A stretch of DNA of 64,000 bases from an uncultured Acidobacteriota bacterium (GTDB lineage Bacteria; Acidobacteriota; Blastocatellia; RBC074): assembly GCA_963796275.1 (NCBI GenBank), contig CAWCKY010000006.1, positions 2,592,001 through 2,656,000 of the forward strand. The letters are read 5' to 3'. The position numbers were made by a program, and so were the translations under genes. Positions 21,169 through 30,634 of the stretch are shown in pieces. Each line of letters starts with the position of its first letter. The stretch's first letter is position 1. The notes beneath the pieces were generated by a model. The model did not search any database and was not told the origin of the DNA. It was given only the letters and a program-made list of their open reading frames with translations.

Positions 21169-22559
21169 TTATGGTGCAGCGGGGCACAGCGCGGTTTGAT
21201 GATGGTGCAGCAGGCAGCAATCAAGGCTCGGCTTATGTCGCAGTACTTCCGGCTGAATGCCTTTGCCGGTGTCGCTGACGATGATGCGGATACTCTCTTC
21301 GTCGCGTTCGACACGCAACTCGACACACCCTCCGGCGGGCGTGAACTTAATCGCATTCGAGAGCAGGTTCCAGACGATCTGCTGTAACCGAGCGGCGTCA
21401 CCCAACAGGATTGCCGGCTCTTCCCGCGTCGCGCCATTTTCACTTCGCGCTCCGCGCTCCGCAATCCGCAATTCGACGCCTTTGGCCTCTGCCGCCAGGC
21501 AAACCACGTCGAGCGCATCGGCGAGTATGGGGTTGATGTCAAGTGGGCGCATTTCCAGCCGCAGCTTCCCGCTGACGATGCGGGCGGTATCGAGCAGGTC
21601 TTCGATCAGTTGTAATTGCGTTTTGGCGTTGCGCTCAATGATGTCGCAGTACGATTTCAGTTGTGCCGTGTCGGGTTGTTCCTCGCGCAGCATGCTGTTG
21701 TAACCGAGGATCGCGCCCAGTGGCGAGCGTAATTCATGTGAGACGACGGCGAGGAATTCATCTTTGCTGCGATTTGCGGCCTCGGCCTCGGCGCGAGCCG
21801 CCTTTTCTTTGAGCAACAGTTCTTCTCTTTCGATCTCACTGCGCTTGCGTTCGGTGATGTCCCGGGCAATTTTCGACGCGCCGATAATTCTCACAGTCTT
21901 GTCTAGAATGGGCGAGATCGTCAGCGAAATGTCAAACTCGCTTCCATCTTTGCGCCGTCGCATGGTTTCGTAATGTTCAATGTTCTCGCCGCGCCTGAGG
22001 CATTCGAGAATTCGCGGCTCTTCGTCTATTCGATCCGGAGGAATAAGAATTGTCACCGGTTTTTCAATGACTTCCGCCGCCGTGTAACCGAACAGCTTTT
22101 CCGCTCCCTTGTTCCAGCTCGTAATGATTCCATTCAAATCCTTGCTAATGATGGCGTCATCTGACGATTCGACGATGGCCGCCATTTGAGCCATCGACTT
22201 TTCGGATATTTTGCGGTCTTGAACATCCGTGCATTAGCCGACCTACTCTCGCACGCCGCCATCGGGATCGAACAATGGTGTCGCCCGCGCCTCGAAGTAG
22301 CGGTACTGCTGGCTCGGCGCGTGCCAGAGCCGCCCATGTGATTCGTAAAGGGAGTGTGATTCGCGGGCGCGCAGCCAAGCGCTCCAGACGTTCTCGCGGT
22401 CTTGTGGATGCAGGGCGTCGATCCAGCCGAAGTCGCGCAATTCATCCCAGCTCTGACCCGTAGAAGCCGCCCACGCGGGCTGGGGCGTGACAAACCGGCC
22501 CTCCGTATCGACCGTCCAGGGCACGTCAGTAATGTAGAGACTAGCGAGCGATAACGCTC
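21169..22559 (-). pseudogene. PAS-PAS sensor histidine kinase pseudogene
   Basis: PAS domains (ERYRSLVS..PWTVD; [18 protein letters not shown]), H-box [14 protein letters not shown]-box [10 protein letters not shown] and G1 DTGKGI. In-frame stops (VRE*VG*), no G2 box, and the 5' end is cut by the IS5 remnant. Confidence 0.85.
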
Positions 22560-22560
22560 C

Positions 22561-22730
22561 TAGAGAGTGTTATCAATTTTTCCGCTTTGTTTGCAATGAG
22601 TTGCCGCTGGTCTTTGACTGTGATTAGCGTAATGTATGGAATGAAGGGCTTATCCAACTGATGTCAGTGATGCGGAATGGGCGCTCGTCGCGCCTTACTT
22701 AACCTGACCGAAGATGCTCCGCAGCGCGGT
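22561..22730 (+). mobile_element. IS5-family element left end and transposase N-terminal remnant
   Basis: (c)tagagagtgttatcaa resembles an IS5 end; RAYPTDVSDAEWALVAPYLT..TEDAPQR is a typical IS5-family transposase start. It abuts the break in the kinase gene. Confidence 0.7.
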
Positions 22731-23529
22731 TCTGAATGAAGACCTTCGAAACACATTTTGCCGTTGGTACCCAGGGATGCAACGATCGTCTAGTGAGGCA
22801 GAGCTGAAGGCAGCAGCGTAGCCCCCGTTTGTGAACGCTCAAATGGCAGGAAATCTCGGGCGCCGACTTCGGCAATGCGTGCCAGACTCCTTCTGATGAA
22901 AGGGCCGCAGTCTTCAGGAGAGCGCCATTGGCGCTTCAAGTGCTTAGTTGAGGAGGTTCAAGTGCCGGAGCTTCGGCTCAAGCTGGATCCCCGATCCAGG
23001 AAGACAGGAATGGTGGCTACTGCTGAGGGATATATCTGACCCGTGCCGATTGGTTCACCATTATCAGCTTTGAGCACAAAATAAGGCTGCCAGCTCACTG
23101 ACACACGGATTATCGGCGGAATGTCTCCTCATAAGGTTCTAACAAAGTGCTATACTAGCGCAATGAGCGATCAATCAAATAAGAACAATCCTTGCCGAGC
23201 AATCTTTATTTTAACAGCCACGACCAGCGAATATACGGCGGCGCGTCAGCAGTTGAAACTTACACCACAGCAGGCCCAGTGGCTGACAGGCGCATCTCGG
23301 CTTAACGGATTATCAACCCCGAAGGTTTATCGCGTTGGGAGTTGGCGGACTTTACCTCGAATCAAGGCAATTGAGGCAGCGCTAGCGGAGGTTCAGGCAG
23401 AGATCATTGATTTGCAGGTAGAAAAGTGAGCGCTGGTTTTTGTGTAGAAATCTTAGTTGCACAAAAAGTCAGCTAAAACTTTTTTTGCATAAGTTTAGTC
23501 CGATTCTTATCCGATAGCATGTTCCCTCC

Positions 23530-23690
23530 TTAGAATTTGAGGAAGAGGCAATGTAATTACTCTGCCGCTACGCCTGGAAGGGAATGTGAGCCAGTTGATA
23601 TCGACAGTTGAGCGCCTGGCGGCTAAGGCCGACGACGGCCGGATAGTCACAAGAGATCAAGTGCGCCGTGAGATCCAACTCAGACAAGTC
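23530..23690 (+). pseudogene. Sigma54-dependent activator (AAA+ C-terminal lid) remnant
   Basis: EFEEEAM*LLCRYAW / GNVSQLISTVERL resembles the conserved 'A..LL..Y.WPGNVREL.N.IER' motif. Confidence 0.55.
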
Positions 23691-23822
23691 TTGGTAAGAT
23701 CGATACTGGCATAGTACCTCCTAGGTATTGCCGGCCTATCATAAGTCATCTTTCGAACCCTCGTCGTGACAGATTTGCCCCTCAATCCGATTGCTACAAT
23801 CTAAGGACCAAGGAGAAATAAT

Positions 23823-24620
23823 ATGTTATCTGACGAAGTGATTCTGACTCATGTTGAAAACAAAGTGGCGACACTAACCTTCAACCGGCCCGCAAAATTG
23901 AACGCCCTATCGCGCGAGTTGCTGCACCAATCTATCGAAACGCTGAAAAAGTGGGGACGCGATCCCGATATTGGTGCCATCGTCGTCACCGGTGCAGGGC
24001 GCGCGTTTTGTGCAGGCGGCGATGTAAGCAATATGGCCAACGATCACGAAAACCCGCTCACGTTGGAACAACAAATTGATGGCTTGCGAGAAGCGCAGGA
24101 ACTTTCCTGGCATTTGTATAACTTGCCGAAAGTTACGATTGCTGCCGTCAACGGTCACGCGATGGGCGCAGGATTGGGCGTTTGCCTAGCTTGCGATTTA
24201 CGCATTGCATCTGAGAACGCCCAATTCGGCACGGCTTATGCGAAGGTCGGTTTCGGCGGGGATTTCGGTACGACATGGTTGCTGGCGCGTTATGCCGGTG
24301 CGCCCAAAGCCAAGGAGCTTTTCATGCTGGGCGACATCATTGACGCCGTCGAATCTCATCGAGTCGGTCTCATTAATCGCTTCGTGCCGCACGATCACTT
24401 GATGAGCGAAGTGCAAGCCATCGCCACGCGCATTGCACATGGCCCGTTGACCAGCTATCGATACATGAAAGCCAACGTCAATCTGGCCATGACGACAGAT
24501 TTCCGCACGATGCTCGACCGCGAAGCCGAAACTCATCTACGCTGCGGCCAAACCGAAGACCATCAAGAAGGTGTGCGCGCCTTCCTCGAAAAACGTCCGC
24601 CGAACTTTTCAGGCCGCTGA
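23823..24620 (+). CDS. Enoyl-CoA hydratase/isomerase family protein
   Basis: TFNRPAKLNAL, GRAFCAGGD, IAAVNGHAMGAG and EDHQEGVRAFLEKRPP.F.GR. Confidence 0.92.
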   Translation: MLSDEVILTHVENKVATLTFNRPAKLNALSRELLHQSIETLKKWGRDPDIGAIVVTGAGRAFCAGGDVSNMANDHENPLTLEQQIDGLREAQELSWHLYNLPKVTIAAVNGHAMGAGLGVCLACDLRIASENAQFGTAYAKVGFGGDFGTTWLLARYAGAPKAKELFMLGDIIDAVESHRVGLINRFVPHDHLMSEVQAIATRIAHGPLTSYRYMKANVNLAMTTDFRTMLDREAETHLRCGQTEDHQEGVRAFLEKRPPNFSGR

Positions 24621-24677
24621 CACATATGCTCCTTTGCCCCTGTTAACCACAATGCTCAATATTATAGGAGTTGAGTT

Positions 24678-25478
24678 ATGGAATTCCGCGAAATCATTTA
24701 CGACAAAGACCAACATGTAGCGACAATAACCCTTAATCGTCCAGCGAAGCTGAATGCATATTCAGAAGTGATGGTGCATGAAATCCTAACTGCGCTTGCC
24801 GATGCGCGAGATGACGATAGCGTGCGCGCTGTGATTCTGACCGGGACCGGACGCGGCTTTTGTTCCGGTGGCGACATCTCGCGGGACTTTCAATATCCGA
24901 TGCGCTATCGCGGCCACAAGCTGGAAGCCATGCTTGAAATGCGCGAGAACATGCATGTGCTGGTCAAATTTCTACGACGCTTCGACAAGCCTACAATTGC
25001 CGCCGTCAATGGCGCAGCTGTCGCAGGTGGTCTCACGCTGGCGTTGTGTTGCGATTTTCGCATCGCGGCTGAAAGCGCACGGCTTGGTGATACGAGTTTG
25101 CGTTTCTCGCTCATTCCCGACGAAGGCGGCGCATATTTGTTTCCCAAATTCATGGGGTTGGAAAACGCGCTTAAGATGTCGATCTTTTCCGAAGTCTATC
25201 CAGCCAGCCGGGCCAAAGAACTCGGATTGGTGACGGAAGTCGTGCCCGATGTTGAATTGATGGTTACGGCGCGTGCCTGGGCGGAACGATTTGCCGAAGG
25301 GCCGCCCATAGCCATTCGCATAACCAAGCGAATGATGTACAAACAACAAACGATGGATTGGGAAAACGCGCTCGAAGATGCGGCGCTTAGTGTGATGGTT
25401 ACGAACTATTGCGAGGACGTAAAAGAAGGCATCGCTGCTTTTCACGAAAAACGTAAACCGCGGTTCAAAGGCAGGTGA
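24678..25478 (+). CDS. Enoyl-CoA hydratase/isomerase family protein (PaaG-like PDxGG)
   Basis: TLNRPAKLNA, GRGFCSGGD, IAAVNGAAVAGG, LIPDEGG and EGIAAFHEKRKPRFKGR. Confidence 0.92.
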   Translation: MEFREIIYDKDQHVATITLNRPAKLNAYSEVMVHEILTALADARDDDSVRAVILTGTGRGFCSGGDISRDFQYPMRYRGHKLEAMLEMRENMHVLVKFLRRFDKPTIAAVNGAAVAGGLTLALCCDFRIAAESARLGDTSLRFSLIPDEGGAYLFPKFMGLENALKMSIFSEVYPASRAKELGLVTEVVPDVELMVTARAWAERFAEGPPIAIRITKRMMYKQQTMDWENALEDAALSVMVTNYCEDVKEGIAAFHEKRKPRFKGR

Positions 25479-25569
25479 AAAACTGAGGGGGGTAGCTTTC
25501 CTGTCTTTCCCAGATTGCTGCACCAATGACCCAGGGGTGCCCTTCGCCAAAAGTCCATGCTGCATAAAT

Positions 25570-25601
25570 ATCTACTGGGAGCGACTTCGCCCCCAGTAGA
25601 T
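25570..25601. terminator. Hairpin between convergent genes (putative terminator)
   Basis: atctactggg-a-gcga-ct-tcgc-c-cccagtagat, with a perfect 10-bp outer stem. Confidence 0.55.
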
Positions 25602-25612
25602 TCCGATTTAAC

Positions 25613-26356
25613 TCAGCGTACGTACAGGGAGATTTTCGGTCTAACGCTCCGCCAATTCGCCTTGTTGTATAGGAATTCTACGCTACTGATCAATCGGTCG
25701 TTACCGCGCAGGTCGATGGCGCGCGTCTGGCCGCCTGCTGGAATGCGGTCCCGAAACTCAACCTCTTCACTCGTTCCGTTCCCGTAATGAACCACTACGC
25801 GCTGAAACTCAACCGGGGCGCCGGCGACGCGAAGCTGAATGCTTTGGGAGCTGCCCTCGCTTCGCCCTAATACGATTCTGTCACGATCCCTCTGGCCATC
25901 CACTGTCGTTTGTCCAAGTAATCTCCAGGGCCCAGGCCTAGGATCGAATCTCACCCCGTAAAGTGTGACTCTCGGTCGAGCACTCGGCCGCCAATTCGCC
26001 TTGTTGTAGAGGAATTCGACGCTATTGATCACCCGGTCAGTGCCGCGCAGATCGATGGCGCGCGTCTGGCCGCCGGCTGAAATGCGGTCCCGAAGCTCGA
26101 CCTCTTCACTGGTGCCGTTCCCGTAACGAACCACTACGCGCTGAAACTCAACCGGGGTGCCGGCGACACGAAGCTGAATGCTTTGGAAGCTGCCCTCGCT
26201 TCGTCCTAACGCGATTCTGTCAAAATCCTTCAGGCCATCCACCGTAGTTTGTCCAAGTAAGACCCAACGCCTTGCTCCTTGAGCGAACGCCGCCTGGCCG
26301 ATGCTTAACAGCAACAATAAAGCACAAACGATTCGAGTTATTCTTGATGTCGACAT
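25613..26356 (-). CDS. Secreted protein with two tandem DUF2541-like domains
   Basis: Signal peptide (AFA-Q). Two near-identical ~110-aa units W.LLGQTTVDG..D.DRI.LGRSEGS.QSIQLRV..GNGTSEEVE.RDRI.AGGQTRAIDLRG; DNA direct repeat at about 25650-25921 and 25990-26260. Confidence 0.75.
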   Translation of the reverse strand: MSTSRITRIVCALLLLLSIGQAAFAQGARRWVLLGQTTVDGLKDFDRIALGRSEGSFQSIQLRVAGTPVEFQRVVVRYGNGTSEEVELRDRISAGGQTRAIDLRGTDRVINSVEFLYNKANWRPSARPRVTLYGVRFDPRPGPWRLLGQTTVDGQRDRDRIVLGRSEGSSQSIQLRVAGAPVEFQRVVVHYGNGTSEEVEFRDRIPAGGQTRAIDLRGNDRLISSVEFLYNKANWRSVRPKISLYVR

Positions 26357-26826
26357 ATTCTCTCCTTTGAATGAGCAAGGGGGTAAAGCACATTTCCTCG
26401 CTTATATTGATAGTAAAAGTACGCTTCAAACCCGCTTTTCAGCGCCATCTCAACGTTCTGTTCAAACAACTTAATTACTTCTTCACTACTAAAAAACTAT
26501 TCATCCTGCCGCTCAGCAGAACGAAAATCTTTAACCGGCGACGGGTCCGGCGACAGGTTTTGCATCTCCTGTGCCAACGTAGCTGATGTTTCTCTCTCAT
26601 TGCTAAATGCTGTAATTGGATTGTTTTTCAGCAGTACTTCTCGGTGGGTGTGAGGCAGGCATAATTTCTGAGGATACGATGTGGTATAGCGGAGAGTCGG
26701 AACGGGGTGAGCCCGCATCGCGCCCTCAGAATAGCCTGGATGGCCTGATCTCCTACGACGGTTCTAAAACTTTCTTTTATTAGTAGTATTGCGGTTTTTG
26801 AAATATCCTTACTGAGGAGTTCTGTT

Positions 26827-27765
26827 ATGTCTGACCTTTACCATCAATTCGGCGGGGCCAACGGCATTCGCGGCAGGCGGCTGCAATTCAACCAGCGCCT
26901 GGATGGCACGCCGCTACGCGTGCTGTCAGACGCGGACTGGCAATTCTGGCAGGAGAACGGCTACGTCATCGTGCCGGATGCCGTACCGGCGGAAAATCTG
27001 GAAGCGGCGACCGATTTGCTCTGGGAATTTCAGGAAATGGATCGCCGAGACCCGGCTACGTGGTATCGCAATCCGGCGCGGTTTATGGAGATGGTCGAAT
27101 TGCGCGACAGCGGCATGGTAGAGGTTTACAACCATCAGGCGCTCTGGGATAACCGGCAGCACCCGCGAGTGTATGACGCGTTTGTAGACATCTGGGGTCG
27201 CGAGGATTTGTGGGTGACAATTGACCGCGCCAACCTGAACGTTCCCAACAAAGCTGGGCATGAGTTCCCCGGCTTCATTCACTGGGACGTAGACACCAGC
27301 CTCGACCCGTTGCCGGTTAACGTGCAGGGCGTGTTGTCGCTGGGCGACGCCACGATTGAGATGGGCGGCTTCCAGTGCGTGCCCCTGCTCTATCGCAACT
27401 TCCGCGAGTGGGTGAAAACGCAGCCGCCGGATCGCAATCCGTATCAGCCGAATATTACGGGCTTCGAGATCGTCAAGGTCGAAACCAGAGCCGGCGACCT
27501 GCTGATCTGGAACAGCCTACTGGCACACGGCATCCGCACGAATCATTCCGTCAGGCCGCGTCTGGCGCAGTACATCGCGATGACGCCGGCCGAGGAAGAG
27601 AATCAGGGGCTGCGCCAGTGGCGCATCAGGTCCTGGCGCGACCGGGTTGCGCCGGAGGGCTATGCCTTCCCTGGCGACCCGCGCAACTGGGAGCAGACGC
27701 GCTACGAAGGGGCACGCCTGACCGCGCTGGGTGAAAAGCTGCTCGGACTCAGGGACTGGTCGTGA
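26827..27765 (+). CDS. Phytanoyl-CoA dioxygenase (PhyH) family Fe(II)/2OG dioxygenase
   Basis: FWQENGYVIVPDAV; HxD (IHWD); distal His in GDLLIWNSLLAHG; RPRLAQY. Confidence 0.88.
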   Translation: MSDLYHQFGGANGIRGRRLQFNQRLDGTPLRVLSDADWQFWQENGYVIVPDAVPAENLEAATDLLWEFQEMDRRDPATWYRNPARFMEMVELRDSGMVEVYNHQALWDNRQHPRVYDAFVDIWGREDLWVTIDRANLNVPNKAGHEFPGFIHWDVDTSLDPLPVNVQGVLSLGDATIEMGGFQCVPLLYRNFREWVKTQPPDRNPYQPNITGFEIVKVETRAGDLLIWNSLLAHGIRTNHSVRPRLAQYIAMTPAEEENQGLRQWRIRSWRDRVAPEGYAFPGDPRNWEQTRYEGARLTALGEKLLGLRDWS

Positions 27766-27781
27766 CATCTTCCCCGCACTA

Positions 27782-27851
27782 GAAGAGAAACAGGTGAACT
27801 TTAGCCTGAATCGAATGAAGAGAAACAGATGAACTTTAGCCTGAATCGAAT
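27782..27851 (+). repeat. Tandem duplication of 35 bp (2 copies, 1 mismatch)
   Basis: gaagagaaacagRtgaactttagcctgaatcgaat at 27782-27816 and 27817-27851, with no spacer. Confidence 0.9.
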
Positions 27852-27852
27852 A

Positions 27853-27995
27853 AGGTTCGCGGATACTGGCGGAGATGGCCTCCACCTTCTCTTCGAGTAT
27901 CCGAACTTCCAATTAAGAACTCCACTGGAGAACTAGGATCGGGCCTGGACATCAAGACTGATGGCGGATCGATAGTCGTCGCACCCTCGCTTGTC
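27853..27995 (+). pseudogene. Bifunctional primase-polymerase (Prim-Pol) domain remnant
   Basis: ADTGGDGLHLLFEYP / frameshift / IKNSTGELGSGLDIKTDGGSIVVAPSL matches the Prim-Pol T..GG.H....P...GLDIR..GGY.VAPPS motifs. Confidence 0.7.
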
Positions 27996-28325
27996 GCTAC
28001 GGCTGTCGTTTTAACCGTATAACTATTCTCAAAACTCCAGTTATACGGCGCACGAGGTAACATTCCCTTTTGGCAGGCTGATAAATAGTGCCTTGTGGCC
28101 ATGGCATCCGGCAGGACAAAATAGACCATAGAAACGATCAGGTACCTCAAACAATTGCACGAACTGGCCGGCGAAATCGATCGATTGTTTGCCAGCGCCT
28201 ACTTCTACTTTCGTCTCAATGACCTACGCGGCGCTCTGCCGGCGCTCAAAGTGATCTTCTCTGCTGTCTAACAGCAGTATTCAGCGGGTACGGCTTGTTC
28301 GAGATGGCGAATCCCATACAAGAAG

Positions 28326-28736
28326 TTACTTTCTTATGCCTCCTAAGCCCTGTCCTCCCACCGGTTCCGTGACGGTATGCTCGCCGAAACCAGCGATGAG
28401 CGGCTTTCCCCGCACGATTGCCTGCTTTACGGAGGGAAGAGAAAGCGAGGCTTTGTGGCTGGCTTGGCTATCCCACACTTCGGTGATCCATATCGCGTTC
28501 GCATCCACCGGATCCTTGGCGATCACATAACTGAGACAGCCAGGCATGTCTGCTATTCCCTCGAGCAATATCGCGATCAATGCATCCCGTTGACCCGCGA
28601 CAGCCGTCATCTTGCCAATCAACCCGTACATCGTTTTTTCTTCTATAGAGACCGCCCCTGCTGACGTGCAGGCGGTGGTTGCCACGGCTGCGCCAGCCGT
28701 AAAAATGAAACTACGTCGGTTCATGGGGTTTCTCAC
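28326..28736 (-). CDS. Antibiotic biosynthesis monooxygenase (ABM/YgiN-like) protein with twin-arginine leader
   Basis: MNRRSFIF leader; MYGLIGKM.AVAGQRDAL, MPGCLSYVIAKD and IWITEVWDSQASHKASL. Confidence 0.85.
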   Translation of the reverse strand: MRNPMNRRSFIFTAGAAVATTACTSAGAVSIEEKTMYGLIGKMTAVAGQRDALIAILLEGIADMPGCLSYVIAKDPVDANAIWITEVWDSQASHKASLSLPSVKQAIVRGKPLIAGFGEHTVTEPVGGQGLGGIRK

Positions 28737-29062
28737 TTCCGGAGTTGGAGTTGTACATCGAGACGATCTTCATTCGGCACGACTTTTCGTTCGCCGAGTA
28801 TAAATCGTATACTCATACATCGCTTGTCACGAACCAGAATCTTAACAGAGTTTACCGATCTTCTTTACTGTAATCGCATCTCGACTTATTAGATATCTGC
28901 GGCATCGATAACGGGTTTTCTCTTTGGACGATAGCGCACTAGACGAAGCCGCATTCCGGATGACAATATTTCTTCACAGCCTCTCCCTCGTGAAAGCCGC
29001 ACGTAGTAGCCGGGAGAATGAGGCTAATGGAATGGGAGGAAGGGAAGTTGTGCTGCTCACAA

Positions 29063-30367
29063 TTACGGTTTTATGCCGAGTTTGCTTTTGACCTGATTGA
29101 TGCTGAATTCCAGCCAACCGCGTTCGTTGCTGTTGCGGCAACGCGAATGTAATGTCTCCAAGGCTCTCACCCTCGCCTGTAAAGCAAGCCTATGATTCGG
29201 ATCAGCCGCGAGCGCCATATCGATCAGATGCAGTGCCTCGACGGCCTGTCCCGCCTGCGCGCGTTCCATTGCCGTCTTCGCGATCACGTCCGCGCCGCCT
29301 GCGAGTTTGACGACATCAGGATAGACCGATGAAGCGGGCTTTTCATACATCGTCGCTGGGTTGAGATCGAACCATCCGGCATAGCCTTCGTAAATTCCTC
29401 GGACTGACCAGCTCAATTTGCCGTAGCCTTCGCCGATGTCCAGCTCAGGCGGTAGCTTGATCTCGTTCATTAACGTCCACACGTCCTTACCCGCGTTCAT
29501 TCCTTTGACCGTTTCGTCGTGGACGTACTGGATCGCATCGCGGTAACGAGTGAGCTGCTTGAGTATCTCCGCATTTCCAGTAATCGGAGTCCCATGGCTT
29601 GGCAGAACGATTTCGGGTTTGAGCGCCAGGACTTGGTTGAGCGAGTCGATGTAATCAAGTGCCCAGCGAGGCTTGGTTCCGCGCAGCGTGTAGATGTTCG
29701 GGAACGATGTGTAAAAATTGTCGCCGATGAAGGCTGCTTTGTATTTGGGAATCCAGACCGTCGCGTGATCCGGTGTTTCGCCAGGCGTGCTGAAGACCTC
29801 GAATTTCATTCCGCCGAGTTCGAATTCGTACTTCTCATCGAACAGGATCGACGGCTCAATCTTCGCGCCGTAATTTCCCGGCCACGGCCCGGGATCGGGG
29901 ATGCGCAGCGAGAATTGCGCGGCGTTGCGACGGGCGAAAAAACCGTTGAGCCGCCTCTGGTAGTGCTGAAACTCCACATGATGTTTCTGCGCGATGATCT
30001 TCGTGTCGGGCTGCTTCCAAGATGACACGCCTCCAGTGTGATCGCCGTGGGCGTGCGTCAGGATGATGTATTTGACGGGACCTGCGTTTTCGGCTTGCAG
30101 AAGTTGTTTGTGGCGCGTGGCGTTGAAGGGCATTGAGGTATCGATAATCACGTTGCCGCCTGCGGTCACGACCATAAACGTGTTGCCGAAGCCGGTGGCC
30201 TGGTAGATCGCTTCGCCGACCTTTAGCGCCTTCCTCTGATCTCGCCCGGCAGCGAGCGGATTGTCGGACATCTGGTCCTGCTGCGCGCGGGGCATTGGCT
30301 GAGGTGACAAAATCGCTGCTAGAAGGGGGGCGGCAGCGATTGTCAGGAGAGATTTTGCGTGGTTCAT
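29063..30367 (-). CDS. Alkyl/aryl-sulfatase-like MBL-fold hydrolase, secreted
   Basis: RBS aaggag before MNHAKSLL; THAHGDH, PGETPDH, FPNIYTLRGTKPR, LPSHG and WSVRGIYEGYAGWFDLNPA (dimerisation region). Confidence 0.88.
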   Translation of the reverse strand: MNHAKSLLTIAAAPLLAAILSPQPMPRAQQDQMSDNPLAAGRDQRKALKVGEAIYQATGFGNTFMVVTAGGNVIIDTSMPFNATRHKQLLQAENAGPVKYIILTHAHGDHTGGVSSWKQPDTKIIAQKHHVEFQHYQRRLNGFFARRNAAQFSLRIPDPGPWPGNYGAKIEPSILFDEKYEFELGGMKFEVFSTPGETPDHATVWIPKYKAAFIGDNFYTSFPNIYTLRGTKPRWALDYIDSLNQVLALKPEIVLPSHGTPITGNAEILKQLTRYRDAIQYVHDETVKGMNAGKDVWTLMNEIKLPPELDIGEGYGKLSWSVRGIYEGYAGWFDLNPATMYEKPASSVYPDVVKLAGGADVIAKTAMERAQAGQAVEALHLIDMALAADPNHRLALQARVRALETLHSRCRNSNERGWLEFSINQVKSKLGIKP

Positions 30368-30482
30368 AGACCTTGCTCCTTTTCTGAGTGACGATGCGGA
30401 TGGGTAATTAGAAACCGGGTTCGCGCTATTTAGTTGAGGACTGTGCAAATAAAAGTCAATTGGAACCAGCATTTCGGTCCTG

Positions 30483-30634
30483 AGCGCCAGCGGCGCGATG
30501 TTTCTAGTACTCGATCACCAAAGTCTGACGAGCTCCGGAGGAGCGAACAGGTAGGCATTCATATGTCGCTCCTTCGTCGGAGCTCAGGTTATGGTTAGGA
30601 TAGTGAGCTATAGAAATTACGCGCCTCCGGCGCT
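30483..30634. repeat. Nested palindromic REP-like element (four arms)
   Basis: Outer arms agcgccagcggcgcgatgtttctag and ctatagaaattacgcgcctccggcgct; inner arms gagctccggaggagcga and tcgctccttcgtcggagctc. Confidence 0.65.

Noticed and set aside
23121-23429. 102-aa ORF (also 43113-43388)
   Set aside because: No recognisable motif or clear RBS, and it lies among remnants, so it cannot be supported as a gene.
27782-27851. 35-bp repeat as a CRISPR array
   Set aside because: Only two adjacent copies, with no spacer and no cas genes.
28085-28270. CLVAMASGRTK*T as a type I restriction helicase motif I remnant
   Set aside because: Similarity to 'MATGTGKT' is too weak to call without a search.
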